Of a stretch of DNA of 64,000 nucleotides, positions 18,542 to 29,696 are shown in pieces. Every line of letters begins with the position of its first letter. Position 1 is the first letter of the stretch. The notes beneath the pieces were generated by a model. It was not told the DNA's origin, searched no databases, and saw only the letters and a program-made list of their open reading frames with translations. The DNA is from an uncultured Acidobacteriota bacterium (lineage in GTDB: Bacteria > Acidobacteriota > Thermoanaerobaculia > Gp7-AA8): the NCBI GenBank assembly GCA_963822445.1, contig CAWGHO010000003.1, positions 896,001 through 960,000 on the forward strand, read 5' to 3'. Both the position numbers and the translations under genes were made by a program.

Positions 18542-19150
18542 CTTCGACCTCAGCGCCTCACCGAGAACCCGATCGAGCACCACGATCCACGTCGCGTACC
18601 CGCGCTCGTTCGGGTGAAAGCGGTCCGGATGGAACATCGTCGGATCAGCGCGAAGCAGCGGTCCCGTCTCCTCGGCGATCGGCGCGAAGAACAGCCGCTC
18701 CTTCTTCGCGACCTCCTTGAACATCGCGTTCGCGTTCCGCGTTCGCCGCGTCGCAAGAGGACGAAGCAGGCGAGGAATGCGCGGTGGTGCTCCCATGTCC
18801 GGCGAGCCGGTGACGACGATGATCACGTTCGGATTCGCCGTACGTAGCCGGCGCACGATCTCCAGGAGGCTCTTCCGCATCGAGGAGACTGAAGTGAGGC
18901 GGATGACGTCGTTCGCGCTCGCGGAGAGCAGCACGAGATCGGGTTTCACCTGCTCAGCCGCGGGTAACTGATCGCGGACGACGTCTTTCAACTTCGCACC
19001 GGAGATGCCGAGATTGGTCATCGCTATCTGGTGCTTTTCTGCGAGGTGCCGCGTGGTGACGGCGGCGAGCCCACTCTCGTACGGGGCACCGACGCCCGCG
19101 GCGGTGCTGTCGCCGAGGACGACGTAGGTGATCAGGGCGGCGAAGAACAT
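18536..19150 (-). CDS. SGNH/GDSL hydrolase
   Basis: LGDSTAAG, NLGISGA, ANDV, DRFHPN. Confidence 0.9.
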   Translation of the reverse strand: MFFAALITYVVLGDSTAAGVGAPYESGLAAVTTRHLAEKHQIAMTNLGISGAKLKDVVRDQLPAAEQVKPDLVLLSASANDVIRLTSVSSMRKSLLEIVRRLRTANPNVIIVVTGSPDMGAPPRIPRLLRPLATRRTRNANAMFKEVAKKERLFFAPIAEETGPLLRADPTMFHPDRFHPNERGYATWIVVLDRVLGEALRSKV

Positions 19151-19205
19151 CCTCTAATCATGGTGCATTGTTAACCTTGAGCCCGCCGCCAACGTATCAG
19201 TGGCC

Positions 19206-19865
19206 ATGACTCGCTGGCGCTGGTGGTGGGCCGTCCTGGCTTTCTTCGCGATTCCGATCGGTCTTTACGCCGCTTCGTTTCTCTACTTCGGCGAGCGGAT
19301 GTTTCCGCCGCCGCTCAAGGCGTCGTTTCTCGCGCGGCCGTGGGGCATTTACCCGCACGCGCTGATCGGCGCGATCGCGCTCGTCATCGGGCCGTTTCAA
19401 TTCAATCGTCGTCTGCTTCTCCGGCGCCGTCCCGTGCATCGCGTGATGGGCCGGGTCTATGTCCTCGGCGCACTGGTGACGGGCATCGTCGGCACCTACA
19501 TGGCGTGGTACGCGTTCGGCGGTCCGGTCACGCAACTGGGATTCGCGGGACTCGGACTGTCGCTGCTCTTCACCACGATCAAGGCCTTCACCTCGATCAA
19601 AGCGCGCGACGTCGCGGCGCACCGGCGATGGATGATCCGCAGTTACGCGCTGCTCTTCGGCGCGGTGACGTTGCGCATCGAGCTGCCGATCCTGATCGCG
19701 ATTTTCGGCGCGTTCGAGCCGGCGTATCGAATCGTGGCCTGGTCGTCCTGGGTACCGAACTTACTTGTCGCCGAGGCGATCGTGCATGGCGCGCCGGACG
19801 TTGCGGATGTCACCGTCGAGCGGCCGGTCCTTGAAAACCGGAGCGGCAGCCTGTCGAACGCATAA
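19206..19865 (+). CDS. DUF2306 membrane protein
   Basis: GPFQF, HRVMGRVY, HRRWMIRSYAL...[13 protein letters not shown]. Confidence 0.85.
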   Translation: MTRWRWWWAVLAFFAIPIGLYAASFLYFGERMFPPPLKASFLARPWGIYPHALIGAIALVIGPFQFNRRLLLRRRPVHRVMGRVYVLGALVTGIVGTYMAWYAFGGPVTQLGFAGLGLSLLFTTIKAFTSIKARDVAAHRRWMIRSYALLFGAVTLRIELPILIAIFGAFEPAYRIVAWSSWVPNLLVAEAIVHGAPDVADVTVERPVLENRSGSLSNA

Positions 19866-21479
19866 GTACAGCGCTCGCGAGCCCGTTCCGAGTTGCGCGG
19901 CCACGTTGTTCCGATCGACGGATTCGAATTGCCGCGCCTGCGCTTCCGCGGCGTCGACGTCGAGGAGCTGGGGCGACGGCCGATTGGGGTCGTAATCGAA
20001 CGTCGCGCGCCATTCGACGGCCTGGGCGGCCGTCAGCAACTCGATGGCCAGCACTGACTGCGCGTTCGACAGCACGGTGCGCAATTTCCGCGCGGCGTAC
20101 GTCGACATCGAAACGTGATCCTCGGTATTCGCACCGGTCGGAATCGAATCCACCGAAGCGGGATGGGCGAGGACCTTGTTCTCGGAGACGATCGATGCCG
20201 CGGTGTACTGGAGGATCATCAGGCCCGAGTTCACGCCCGGGCGGGTCGTGAGGTTCTGGGGCAGTCCGCGATTGTGATCGCCGTCGAGCATCATCTGCGT
20301 GCGGCGCTCGGAGATGTTCGCCAGCTCGGCGACGGCGATCGTCAGAAAGTCCGCAGCCAGTGCGAGCGGCTGGCCGTGGAAGTTGCCGGCCGAATACGCC
20401 AGGCGGCTCTCGCCGTGATACCAGTCCGGCCAGTTCGCGCGGAACTGCACGTCGAACGGCTCGCCTTCGCCGGGGAAGAAGAGCGGATTGTCGGTTGCGG
20501 CGTTGAGCTCTTTCTCGGCGATGCCGCGCACGAAGTTGATCGTGTCGCGCGTCGCGCCATGAACCTGCGGCGCGCAGCGAAGCGAATACGCATCCTGCAC
20601 GGCACCGGCGCGCTCGACGAGCTTGCTGCCGCTGATCGATTCGCGAATGCGGCGCGCGCTGTCGATCTGACCGGGGTGACCGCGTTCCTCGTGCACTTTC
20701 GAGTCGAACGCGCGCGTGCAACCGGCCATGGCCTCGAGTGTCATCGCGGCCGCGGAGTCGCTGAGATCGGCGAGCTGCTGCGCGTCGTGCACCGCCAGGG
20801 CGAGCATCGCCGCCGAGAAGTTCGCACCGTTGACGAGTCCGAGGCCTTCTTTGAAGGTCGGCTTCATCTCTTCGGCGGTGAAGCCGAGGAGGGCCGGAAG
20901 GTCTTTCGCGTCGCGCAGAGTCTTGTCGTCGAGCGTGAAAAACCGCCCTTCGCCGAGGAGGGTGACGAAGAGATGCGATAGCGGACAGAGATCGCCGCTT
21001 GCTCCGACGGAACCGCGCAGCGGCACGAGCGGAATCACGCCGCGGTTGAGCATCTCCTGAACGATGCTGACCAGCTTCGCGCGCACGCCGGAATGGCCGC
21101 GCAGAAATGCGTTCAGTCGGGTTGCAAGGCGCCGCGCACGACTTCAGGCGGGTAGTAATTCGTGAGGTCGTCGGCGTCTGTGTTCTCGCCGACGCCGACG
21201 GAGTGCGACAGCAGCAGATTGCGCTGCAGCTGCTCGAGATCGTCCGGCGCAATCGGCTTGTCCTTGAACTCGCCGAAGCCGGTCGTGACGCCGTACTCGC
21301 TCGGCGCCGCTTTTCCTTCCGCCCAGGCCCGCCGGTAGTTCTCCACGACCTCGGCGATGAGCCGCTCGCTGCGCGCGACGCGCCTCGTTCGTGGATGGGT
21401 CGAGCTCCACGCGTGCGCCATCGCGGGCGATGGCCGCGAGCTGTTCGATGGTGAGGGAGTTGCCGTCGAGGGTGATCAC
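19761..21479 (-). CDS. hutH: histidine ammonia-lyase (apparent frameshifts near 21390 and 21115)
   Basis: [26 protein letters not shown] (SH, His-type), [12 protein letters not shown] motif, [23 protein letters not shown]; split over three frames. Confidence 0.85.
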
Positions 21480-22886
21480 TCGATCTCCGCGAGCATCTTG
21501 CGAATGCCCTCGACCAGCTCCGTCCGCGGAATCGTCACCTGTCCGGCGCGCTGGGCAAGGTACTCCTTGCGATCGGCGACCGGTTTGGCGCGCTCGCGGC
21601 CGGCGACCATGTCTTTCACGGTCACCTGTCCTGAGGCTTTTTCGTTCGAGCCGTAGAGGATCGCCAGGGGGATGTCGTACTGATCGGCGTACTTGAGCTG
21701 CTTGCCCGGGCCCTTCGCCGTGCCGATGTAAAGCTCGGTGGGGATGCCGGCGCGTCGCAGCTCCCAGGTCATCGCCATGTAGTCCGAAGCGAGGCTCGGC
21801 GTCCATGTTCGTGATGAGGACGCGCGCGGTGGCTTTGCGCTTGTCGAGCTTGCCGAGGTGGCCGAGTGCCGCCAGCAGACGATCGACGCCGATCGAGGCA
21901 CCGACTGCCGGAATGCGCTCGCCGTGAAAGCGGGTCACGAGGTCGTCATACCGTCCGCCCCCGAACACAGACCCGAACTGAGGGGCTTCGGTGAGAATCG
22001 CCTCGAAGACCGGACCGGTGTAGTAGGCGAGACCGCGGGCGATGGAAAGGTCGAGCGAGACCTTGTCGTCGTCGTAGCCGAGGGCGTAGAGGTGGTCGGA
22101 GATTTTTGCGACGTCCGCGACGGCCGGTGCATCGGCGAACAGCTCCTGCAACTGGGTGACGACCTCGCGGCGCGTGCCGCGAATGGCCAGGAACTTCTCG
22201 ATTTTGTCGACCTGCTGCCGCGCCAGTCCGACGCCGCGGATGGTGTCGCCCGATTCGTCTTTGTAGCCGGTCATGAGCTCGAGCTTCACCTTCTCGAGAC
22301 CGACCTTGTCGAGCTTGTCGAGGACGCGAAACACGTCGACGCCCTGTTCCGGGGTGATCTCCGCGAATCCCATCAGCGCATTGAGAACGCCGCGGCTGGA
22401 GTAGCGGACCACATAGCCGCCGACCTTCAGGGCGTCGAGCGTGTCGCACATCCCGGCGATGATCTCCGTATCCGCAACCTCGGACTCGACACCGACGGAA
22501 TCGAGATCGAACTGGGTGAACTCGCGATAGCGCCCCTTGTCCGGCTTGTCGGCTCGCCAGACCGAGGCGACCTGGTAACGGCGGAAGGGGCGGGGGAGAT
22601 CGGCGTACTGGGCGATGACGCGCGCGAGCGGCACGGTCAGATCGAAGCGGAGCCCCAGTTCCTCTTTTTCCGGATTGGTGACCCGAAAGATCGACGACTG
22701 CGCTTCCTGGCCCGCGCTGCCGGAGAGGACGTCGAGGTACTCGATCGCGGGCGTGCTCAGCGGAACGAAGCCGTAGAGCTCATAGACGCCACGGATGGTG
22801 TCCACCATCTGCTGCCGCGCCAGCATCTGGTCGGGAAGGAGATCGCGTAACCCTCGGGAGAGCCGTGGCTGAACGGTGGAAGTCAT
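21476..22886 (-). CDS. hisS: histidine--tRNA ligase, alphaproteobacterial-like type (apparent frameshift near 21800)
   Basis: RGLRD, LRFDLTVP, WRADKPDKGRYREFTQFD, ARGLAYYTG, GGGRYD; anticodon domain KQLKYAD in second frame. Confidence 0.92.
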
Positions 22887-22988
22887 GAATGCAGAATGCA
22901 GAATGCAGAATGCAAAAAGGGGGAATGAAGACTGGGCCGCGTTCGGCGCCCGCTCACTTCTTCATTCTGCATTCTGCATTCTGCATTC
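22887..22988. repeat. heptamer tandem inverted repeat (GAATGCA)4 ... (CATTCTG)3+
   Basis: Read directly between tRNA-His and the hisS start codon. Confidence 0.85.
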
Positions 22989-23008
22989 GCCGCGAACGCG
23001 GCGGGAGT

Positions 23009-23085
23009 TGGTACCGAGGGGCGGGCTCGAACCGCCGACCCCCAGATCCACAATCTGGTGCTCTAACCAACTGAGCTACCCCGGC
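23009..23085 (-). tRNA. tRNA-His(GUG), non-canonical acceptor end (G1-U72, A73, genomic T at -1)
   Basis: GCCGGGG TA GCTC AGTTGGTTA GAGC A CCAGA TTGTGGA TCTGG GGGTC GGCGG TTCGAGC CCGCC CCTCGGT A CCA. Confidence 0.95.
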
Positions 23086-23119
23086 ACGGGAGGGGGATGA
23101 TACCCGAAGAGGAACGCAA

Positions 23120-23548
23120 TTGGGCCGGTCCGCATTCTCGCTATCTCTGGAAACAAAACGAGCCATGTTCCGGGTGGCTCTCGTCGCGGAATTTGCGGGT
23201 GAATCGGTCTTGACCGGCAGACGGGTGGTCGGTGCGCTTCTGCGGACGCATTCAGTTCGCCAACACTGCGCGAGCCTCGGGATCGACCGCGCCCGGTTGG
23301 TCACGGTCGTAGACGACCCTCAGTTTCTGTCGTTCGAAGAGTGCGAGCGACGGGTTGCGAGCAATGTTGGCGTGGCCGCGCCCTTGCCCCTCGACTCCGC
23401 ATTGCTCCCGGTGTTCCGCGCGATCATCGAACGGGACGGGCACCTGGGCGCGTCGCCCGTGGGGTTGCTCCGGGACATCCTTCGCGCAGATGCTGAGCTC
23501 GCGGACCTCCTGGCATCCCACGGCCTCACCGCGGAATCTCTCAGGTAA
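23120..23548 (+). CDS. hypothetical protein, weak Clp N-domain-like resemblance
   Basis: Pattern LSLETKRAM..A...G...LTGRRVVGALL repeated as SPVGLLRDIL; start uncertain. Confidence 0.4.
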   Translation: MGRSAFSLSLETKRAMFRVALVAEFAGESVLTGRRVVGALLRTHSVRQHCASLGIDRARLVTVVDDPQFLSFEECERRVASNVGVAAPLPLDSALLPVFRAIIERDGHLGASPVGLLRDILRADAELADLLASHGLTAESLR

Positions 23549-23807
23549 ACGCGAACTCCTTCGGCGGCTTCGAGGCCGAGCGCTCCAACGTGACGTACGG
23601 GAAGCTGCGTTTCCGGCCTCCGCCATCCTCGGCCGAGACCGTGAACGTGTGGATGGGGTTGTCGAAGAAGCCGCGGGGCGGGAGGCCGGTCACGACGATC
23701 AGGCCGGCGCTGATCGAAGCGACGGGCGCGTGCCACCGCGCGCCCGTCTGATCATTCGTGACCACGACGTCGTGCATCCGGGTGGCGGGCGACGCGAGGC
23801 CGGGCAT
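23541..23807 (-). CDS. hypothetical protein
   Basis: GGAGG upstream of ATG, host-like codons. Confidence 0.45.
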   Translation of the reverse strand: MPGLASPATRMHDVVVTNDQTGARWHAPVASISAGLIVVTGLPPRGFFDNPIHTFTVSAEDGGGRKRSFPYVTLERSASKPPKEFAFT

Positions 23808-23899
23808 GGTGAGGGGCAGCCTCCGAAGCGGGAGTCCTGCGAAATGGAAAGATAGACTTAAGTCTGGTCGCGGCGCTGTTCAATATTGGACATTCCGGG

Positions 23900-24562
23900 T
23901 CATTCCGCGTCGGTTCCTGCGAGAAACTCGCGGGTCTTCGCGCGATGAACGCCGATCGAGCGCGTTCCGCTGTCCTCCACCAGCCCGAGCTTGCGGAAGC
24001 GCTGCATGAACGCGGTGATGCGGGGACGGGTCGTGCCGACGATCTGGGACAGCTCTTCGTGGGAGATGCGCTGTTCGAGGCGAACGTACGGCCCGTCGGT
24101 CGCGCCGAGCTTCTCCGCGACGCCGAGGAGGACTTTGGCCAGACGGCGCTCGGCGTCCATGGTCACGAGATCGAACACCGCGGTCTGGCGCTCGGCCATC
24201 CGGTCGGCGAGATGGCGTAACAGCAGATCGGTCGCGGCGGCCGCTTTCACCTCGCCGAGGAAGTCGCGGCGGGTGATGCGATGCACGACGGTGGGCACCA
24301 TCGCCGACGCGGCTTCGTAGCGCTTCGGTGCGGTGAAACAGGACTCACCGAAGACATCGCCGGCGGTGTAGATGGCCAGCAGGCAGTCCTTGCCCGCGGC
24401 GGACGACATCGACAATTTCACCTGCCCCGACTCGATGAGATACATCGAGTCGTCGTCGTCACCCGGGGCGTAAATCGACTGCTGAACATCGACGCGCACG
24501 TGTGCCGATGCCGAAGCGCGATCGAATACATCGCGGAGTGACAGTGCGTGCGCATGAGGCAT
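23900..24562 (-). CDS. Crp/Fnr family transcriptional regulator
   Basis: MYLIESGQVKL, GDVFGE, HTH ISHEELSQIVGTTRPRIT. Confidence 0.9.
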   Translation of the reverse strand: MPHAHALSLRDVFDRASASAHVRVDVQQSIYAPGDDDDSMYLIESGQVKLSMSSAAGKDCLLAIYTAGDVFGESCFTAPKRYEAASAMVPTVVHRITRRDFLGEVKAAAATDLLLRHLADRMAERQTAVFDLVTMDAERRLAKVLLGVAEKLGATDGPYVRLEQRISHEELSQIVGTTRPRITAFMQRFRKLGLVEDSGTRSIGVHRAKTREFLAGTDAE

Positions 24563-24836
24563 TTGGTTAGAGGCGCAGCGATCGTAGGCAGCGTCGATAG
24601 CCACGTCTGTTCAGAATTGGACATGCATTGCCACACATCGTGAATTGCCGCTACGAAGCGCAGAATCACGCGCAGTTTCATGCGCAGAGGCATTGCGCAA
24701 TCGAATCGTCCCGGCGATGTGCGAGCGCGCGCGAAGCGTGTGTGATCGTGCACAGGACCGCGTCCAGTAGACGATTTGCGCGATCCCGCGGACTTATGTT
24801 GCGCACGCGCTGGGACCGTGGAGCAGGGAGTGCGAT

Positions 24837-25842
24837 CTACGACGCGGTCAGCAGGAAATCGGCGAACCAGCGCCGCGAATCCGTCCACGTCCGGCTCACC
24901 GTGAAACCGCTCGCCGCCGCAAGCGCGGCGATGGTTCGATCGTTGTGTTTGTACGAGCTCTCGGTGTGGATGCTCTCGCCCTTTTCGAACGCGACCTCGA
25001 GATCGAGCGCGTCGATGCGCACGGTCTGTTTGCGGCGGCTGTCGAGGTGCATCTCGATGCGGCCGTGCGTCTCGTCGTACAACGCGCGGTGCGCGAACTG
25101 ATCGAGCGCGAAGTGTCCGCCGAGCTCGCGATTGATGCGCTGCAGGACATTGAGATTGAACGCCGCGGTCACGCCAAGCGCGTCGTCGTACGCCGCTTCG
25201 AGCGTGGCCCGGTCTTTACGCAGATCGGCGCCGAGAAGCACAGCGTCACCGGGACGAAGCGCCGCGCGGAGATCGCGAAACATGGCTACGGCCTGATCCG
25301 GCTCCAGGTTGCCGATCGTCGATCCGAGGAAGAGGACGATCGTGCGGCCGCGGGTCATGGTCAGTTTGGCCATCGGAATCGACGGCCGCGAAAAGTCGGA
25401 ACAGATCGCGGAGATGCGCAGTCCCTCGTACTCGGTCAGCAGATCGCGCGCGGCCTTCTCCAGCATCGACGCATCGACGTCGACCGGCACGTACTCCAGC
25501 TCGCGCTGCCGGGCAGTGATCACGTCGAAGAGGATCCGCGTTTTGCGCGCCGTTCCGCTGCCCAGTTCGACCAGGCGCGAGTGACTGCCGAACGCGTCCA
25601 CGATCTCCCCGGCATGCGTCGTTAACACTTCCGTCTCCGCCCGCGTCACGTAGTACTCGGGCAAAAAGCAGATCGTGTCGAACAAAGCGGAGCCTAGTTC
25701 GTCATAGAACCAGCGGGGCGGCAGCGACTTGCGCTGTGCGGTCAGGCCCCGGCGCACATCGTCGGCGAAAGTTCCCGGTGGCGGACTGCGTTCGGTGCAG
25801 GACGAACCGCGGGGTGGAAGGAACGGAAGGGGCTGCGGTCAT
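24837..25842 (-). CDS. egtD: L-histidine N(alpha)-methyltransferase (probable frameshift near 5' end)
   Basis: LPPRWFYDELGSALF, PEYYVTRAE, ELGSG, FLGSTIGN, AYDDALGVTAAFNLN, IHTESSYK. Confidence 0.88.
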
Positions 25843-25934
25843 GGGCTAACCAAGCTGGATTGTCGCACGTCAGTAACTCGGAGCGGGGTCGTTCGTATAC
25901 CCCGTGACCGTACAATCCGACAGCTCTCAAACAA

Positions 25935-27102
25935 ATGAAAAAAGCTCCTGTTTGCGTAGTCCTTCTGGTCCTCGCCGGCTGTTTCTCCGGCCATGCGGAC
26001 GCTCCCGAACCGAATGAGATCCGCGTCCGCCGCGGTCCCTTCACGAATGAGGTGGTGTTGTCCGGCGAGCTCGAAGCGGCGCGCGGCGACTCTCTGGCGG
26101 TGCCGCCGCTGCCGAACTGGCAAACGGCGATCAAGTGGATGGCCGAAGACGGCGCCACGGTGAAGGCCGGCGATCCCGTTGCCGAGCTGGACAACAGCGC
26201 GCTCACTGCCGACCTCGAGCAGAAGCGCCAGACCGCGATGCAGGCGGCCCAGGAGCTTCGCCAGCGTGAAGGCGAATGGGAAGCGGACCTCGAGCAGAAA
26301 CAGCTCGAAGTGGATAAGAAGAAATCGGACGTCGAGAAAACGCGCCTGCAGACGCTCGTCCCGAAGGAGCTGCAGTCAGTGCGGCAGTTTGAACAGAACG
26401 AGCTGGCCTTCAAGAAAGCGAACATCGAGCATGAGAAAGCCCTGGACGTGCTGCGTTCCCGCCGGACTGCCGTCGCCGCGGAACGGGAAAACGTCCTGCT
26501 CCGCATCGCGCAGGCGGAACGGGACATCGCCGCGCCGAGGCTGGGCATCAATGCGCTGGTGCTCCGCGCGCCGAAGGACGGGATCGTGGTCATTCGCGAT
26601 CACTGGCAGGGCCGCAAGCTGCAGATCGGCGACACGGTCTTCGTCGGCTTCCCGATCGCCATGCTCCCCGACCTGAGCTCGATCCGATTGAAGGCGGCTC
26701 TCGCTGACGTCGACGACGGCAAGATCGCCGACGGGCATGCCGGTGGTCGTCACCCTCGACGGCTATCCGGACGTGAGCTACACGGGCCGCATCTCGTCGA
26801 TCTCCGCGGTGGCGCAGGAAAGCCGCCGGCAGTCGCTGCGGCGTCACTTCGACGTGTTCATCGACCTCGATCGTCTCGACGCCGAGCGGATGCGTCCGGC
26901 ACTCTCCGCCCGCGTGATCGTGCGCCGCGAATCGCTTCCGAATGCGCTGCTCGTGTCGCGGGCCGCGCTCGATTTCTCCGGAAAAACGCCGCGCGCACGG
27001 ACCGCGAGCGGTGAGCTCGTCGACGTGAAGCTCGGCTCGTGCAACGCGCAGGACTGCGTGATCACCGGTGGCCTGGAAGAAGGAGCGAAGCTTCGTGGCT
27101 AG
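25935..27102 (+). CDS. HlyD/efflux periplasmic adaptor 1 (frameshift near 26735)
   Basis: Lipobox LAGC, EDGATVKAGD, LRAPKDGIV, GLEEG C-terminus in second frame. Confidence 0.8.
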
Positions 27103-28343
27103 GATTCTCCGCAAGCGCTACCTCATCCCTCTCGCCGCCCTCGTCCTCTTCCTCCTCGGCGGCTGGACGCTGCGCAACAAGCTCGCCGCCGACCGGCAGG
27201 GCGAATGGGTTCGCGCCACGCGCGGCGATCTCGTGACCGGTTTCGAAGTCATCGGCACGCTGGCCGCGGTGCTTCGGACACGCTCGGGCCGCCGCCGCTC
27301 GATGACGTGTGGGAGTTCAAGATCGCTCGTGCTCGAACAGGAGGGCGCCGACGTCAAGAAAGGCCAGCCCGGTCCTCGGCATTCGACACGACCGAGCTGC
27401 AGCGTCGCCTCGACGAGAAGAGCGCCGAAGCGGAAGAAGCGCGCAAGCAGATCGAGAAAGAACGCGCCGACCTCAAACTGCAGACCAAAGGCGAGCGCAT
27501 GCAGCTCGCCGAAGCCGAGGCGCGTCTGGGCAAGGCCGCGCTGAAACTCGAGGCCCCGCCGGACGTGCAGGCTGTCACCGCGCGGCAGACCGTCGAGATC
27601 GAACACGCCATCGCCAAACGCGAGGCCACCGCGATTCGCTCGCGCGCTCGAAGCGCTCGAACGCGCCGCGCGAGCCAGCATCGAGTCTGCTTGAGAGCAA
27701 ACAAACTCAGGCCGCGGCGTCGTCGGCGCGCACGCAGCGCTCGATTCAGATGATGAACATCCAGGCGCCGCGCGACGGCACGGTCGTCTACGTCACCAAT
27801 CCCTGGAACGGCGAGAAGAAGAAAGTCGGCGACAACGCCTGGAAGCAGGAAAAGATCCTGGAGATCCCCGACCTCAACATGATGAAAGGCGAGGGGGAAG
27901 TGGATGAGGCCGACGCCGGCCGCGTGAATGTCGGCCAGCGCGTGATCCTGCGCCTCGACGCGCTTCCCGATCAGGAGTTCCAGGGCACGATCGTCGGCGC
28001 GGGCCGGACCGTGCAGCGCAAGCGCAACACGCAGGATCCGCTCAAGGTCCTGCGCGTCGACATCAAGCTCGATAAGACCGATCCCGCGAAGATGCGGCCA
28101 GGCATGCGCTTTCAGGGAACGATCGAGCTGGCGCGCGTGAAGAACGCGGTGCTCATTCCACGCGAAGCCGTTTCCGTGGCGTCGCAAGGACCGTACATCT
28201 ATCGCCGCGGCGCATTCGACGTCGACATCGTTCCGGTGAAGCTCGGCCGCGAGAACGACAAATTCGTGGAAGTGCTCAGTGGCGTCGAGCCCGGCGATCG
28301 CGTGCTCGTCGCCAAAACGGGCGACGAGGAGAAGAAATCGTGA
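27095..28343 (+). CDS. HlyD/efflux periplasmic adaptor 2 (multiple frameshifts)
   Basis: RGDLV, EGADVKKGQP, IQAPRDGTV, VDEADAGRV, MRPGM, VEVLSGVEPGD across frames. Confidence 0.75.
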
Positions 28344-29696
28344 TGGGGACGACGAGGGGCCTCCGGCGGGCCGGCACGGCCGGCAGCGCTGGTTGGCCTA
28401 GCCTGAACCCACGCATGACGCACGAATCACGGCTCGAGCGAAAACTCGAGCAAAACAAGCGCTGCCGGCCGTGCCGGCCCGCCGGAGGCCTCCCGGTCGT
28501 TCTCCTTCTCGTCTTCCTCGCTGTCGCGTGCGGCAAGTCCAACGACGAAGTCGCGACCTTCAAAGTCGAGCCCCTGCAGTTCACCCGCCGCGTGACCGCG
28601 GAGGGAACGCTGAAGGCCGTGAAAGCGACGCCGGTCACCGCGCCGCACGACGCGCCGCAGGCCTTGAAAGTGTCCTGGATCGCGGATGACGGAGCGCTGC
28701 TGAAGAAGGACGAGGTGATCGTCCGTTTCGACGCGACCGACTTCGAGAACATGCTCCTCCGCGGCAACGAAGATCGCACCACGGCCTCGAACAAACTGAA
28801 CAAGGCCGGCGCTGAAGCCGGGGCGACGCGCACGAATCTCAAGCGCGACGCGAAGCAGGCCCAGGCCGAGCTCGACGCGGCGAAGCGATTCACGTTCGAC
28901 GACGCGGAGGTCTTCTCGCGGTACGCGCGCATCGAAGCGGAAGTCGACCAGGGGCTGGCCGGTCACAAGAAGACGCATGCCGAGGAAGTGCTGGTCGTTC
29001 GCGACAGCCTCGCTCGGGTCGAGCGCGACCTGCTGTCGATCGAAGACCGCAAGGCGGGCATGAAGATCACCCAGGCCGAGCAGGGTCTGCGCGCGCTGCA
29101 GGTCGTCGCTCCGCATGACGGCATCCTCGTGCTCTCGCGCAACTGGCGCGGAGACATGCCCCGCATCGGCGACATGATGTGGCGCGGGCAGCCGATCGGC
29201 GAGATCCCGGAGCTGGCGACCGATGAAGGCCGAGGTGTTCGTGCTGGAAGCCGATGCGGCCGGTCTTGCCGTCGGACAGAAGGCGACGCTTCGGCTGGAG
29301 TCGCAGCCCGACATGGTGCTCACGGGGAAGATCAAATCGGTCGACAAGATGGCCCGTCCGCGGATCCCGCGGCAGCCGGTGCAGTACTTCGGCGTGACCG
29401 TCGAGATCGACAGCCCGCAGGTCGAAATTCATGAAGCCGGGCACGCGCGTTCGCGCGATCCTCGAACTCGAGAATCAGACCGGCGCATTCGCGATCCCGC
29501 GGCAGGCCGTCTTCGAAAAGGAAGGGAAGAAGCTCGTCTATCGCAAGAAAGGCGACGGCTTCGAGTCCGTTCCGATCGTCATCGGCTCGTCGAGCGCGGG
29601 CCGTGTGGTCGTCACGAAAGGCCTCGTGAGCGGCGACAGATCGCGCTGGAGGACCCGGAGAAGGACGGGGAGGGGGCGAGCGATGGAAAATCGTGA
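28340..29696 (+). CDS. HlyD/efflux periplasmic adaptor 3 (frameshifts; inverted repeat in 5' end)
   Basis: Lipobox AVAC, DDGALLKKDE, VVAPHDGI, LEADAAGLAVGQ, MKPG across frames. Confidence 0.75.
28358..28490. repeat. 133-bp MITE/REP-like element with 33-bp perfect inverted arms
   Basis: GGCCTCCGGCGGGCCGGCACGGCCGGCAGCGCT (28358-28390) and its exact reverse complement (28458-28490). Confidence 0.8.

Noticed and set aside
21144-22886. HisRS-HutH fusion suggested by the 580-aa ORF
   Set aside because: Arises from the hisS frameshift; the true HisRS C-terminus ends at 21476 and hutH starts separately at 21479
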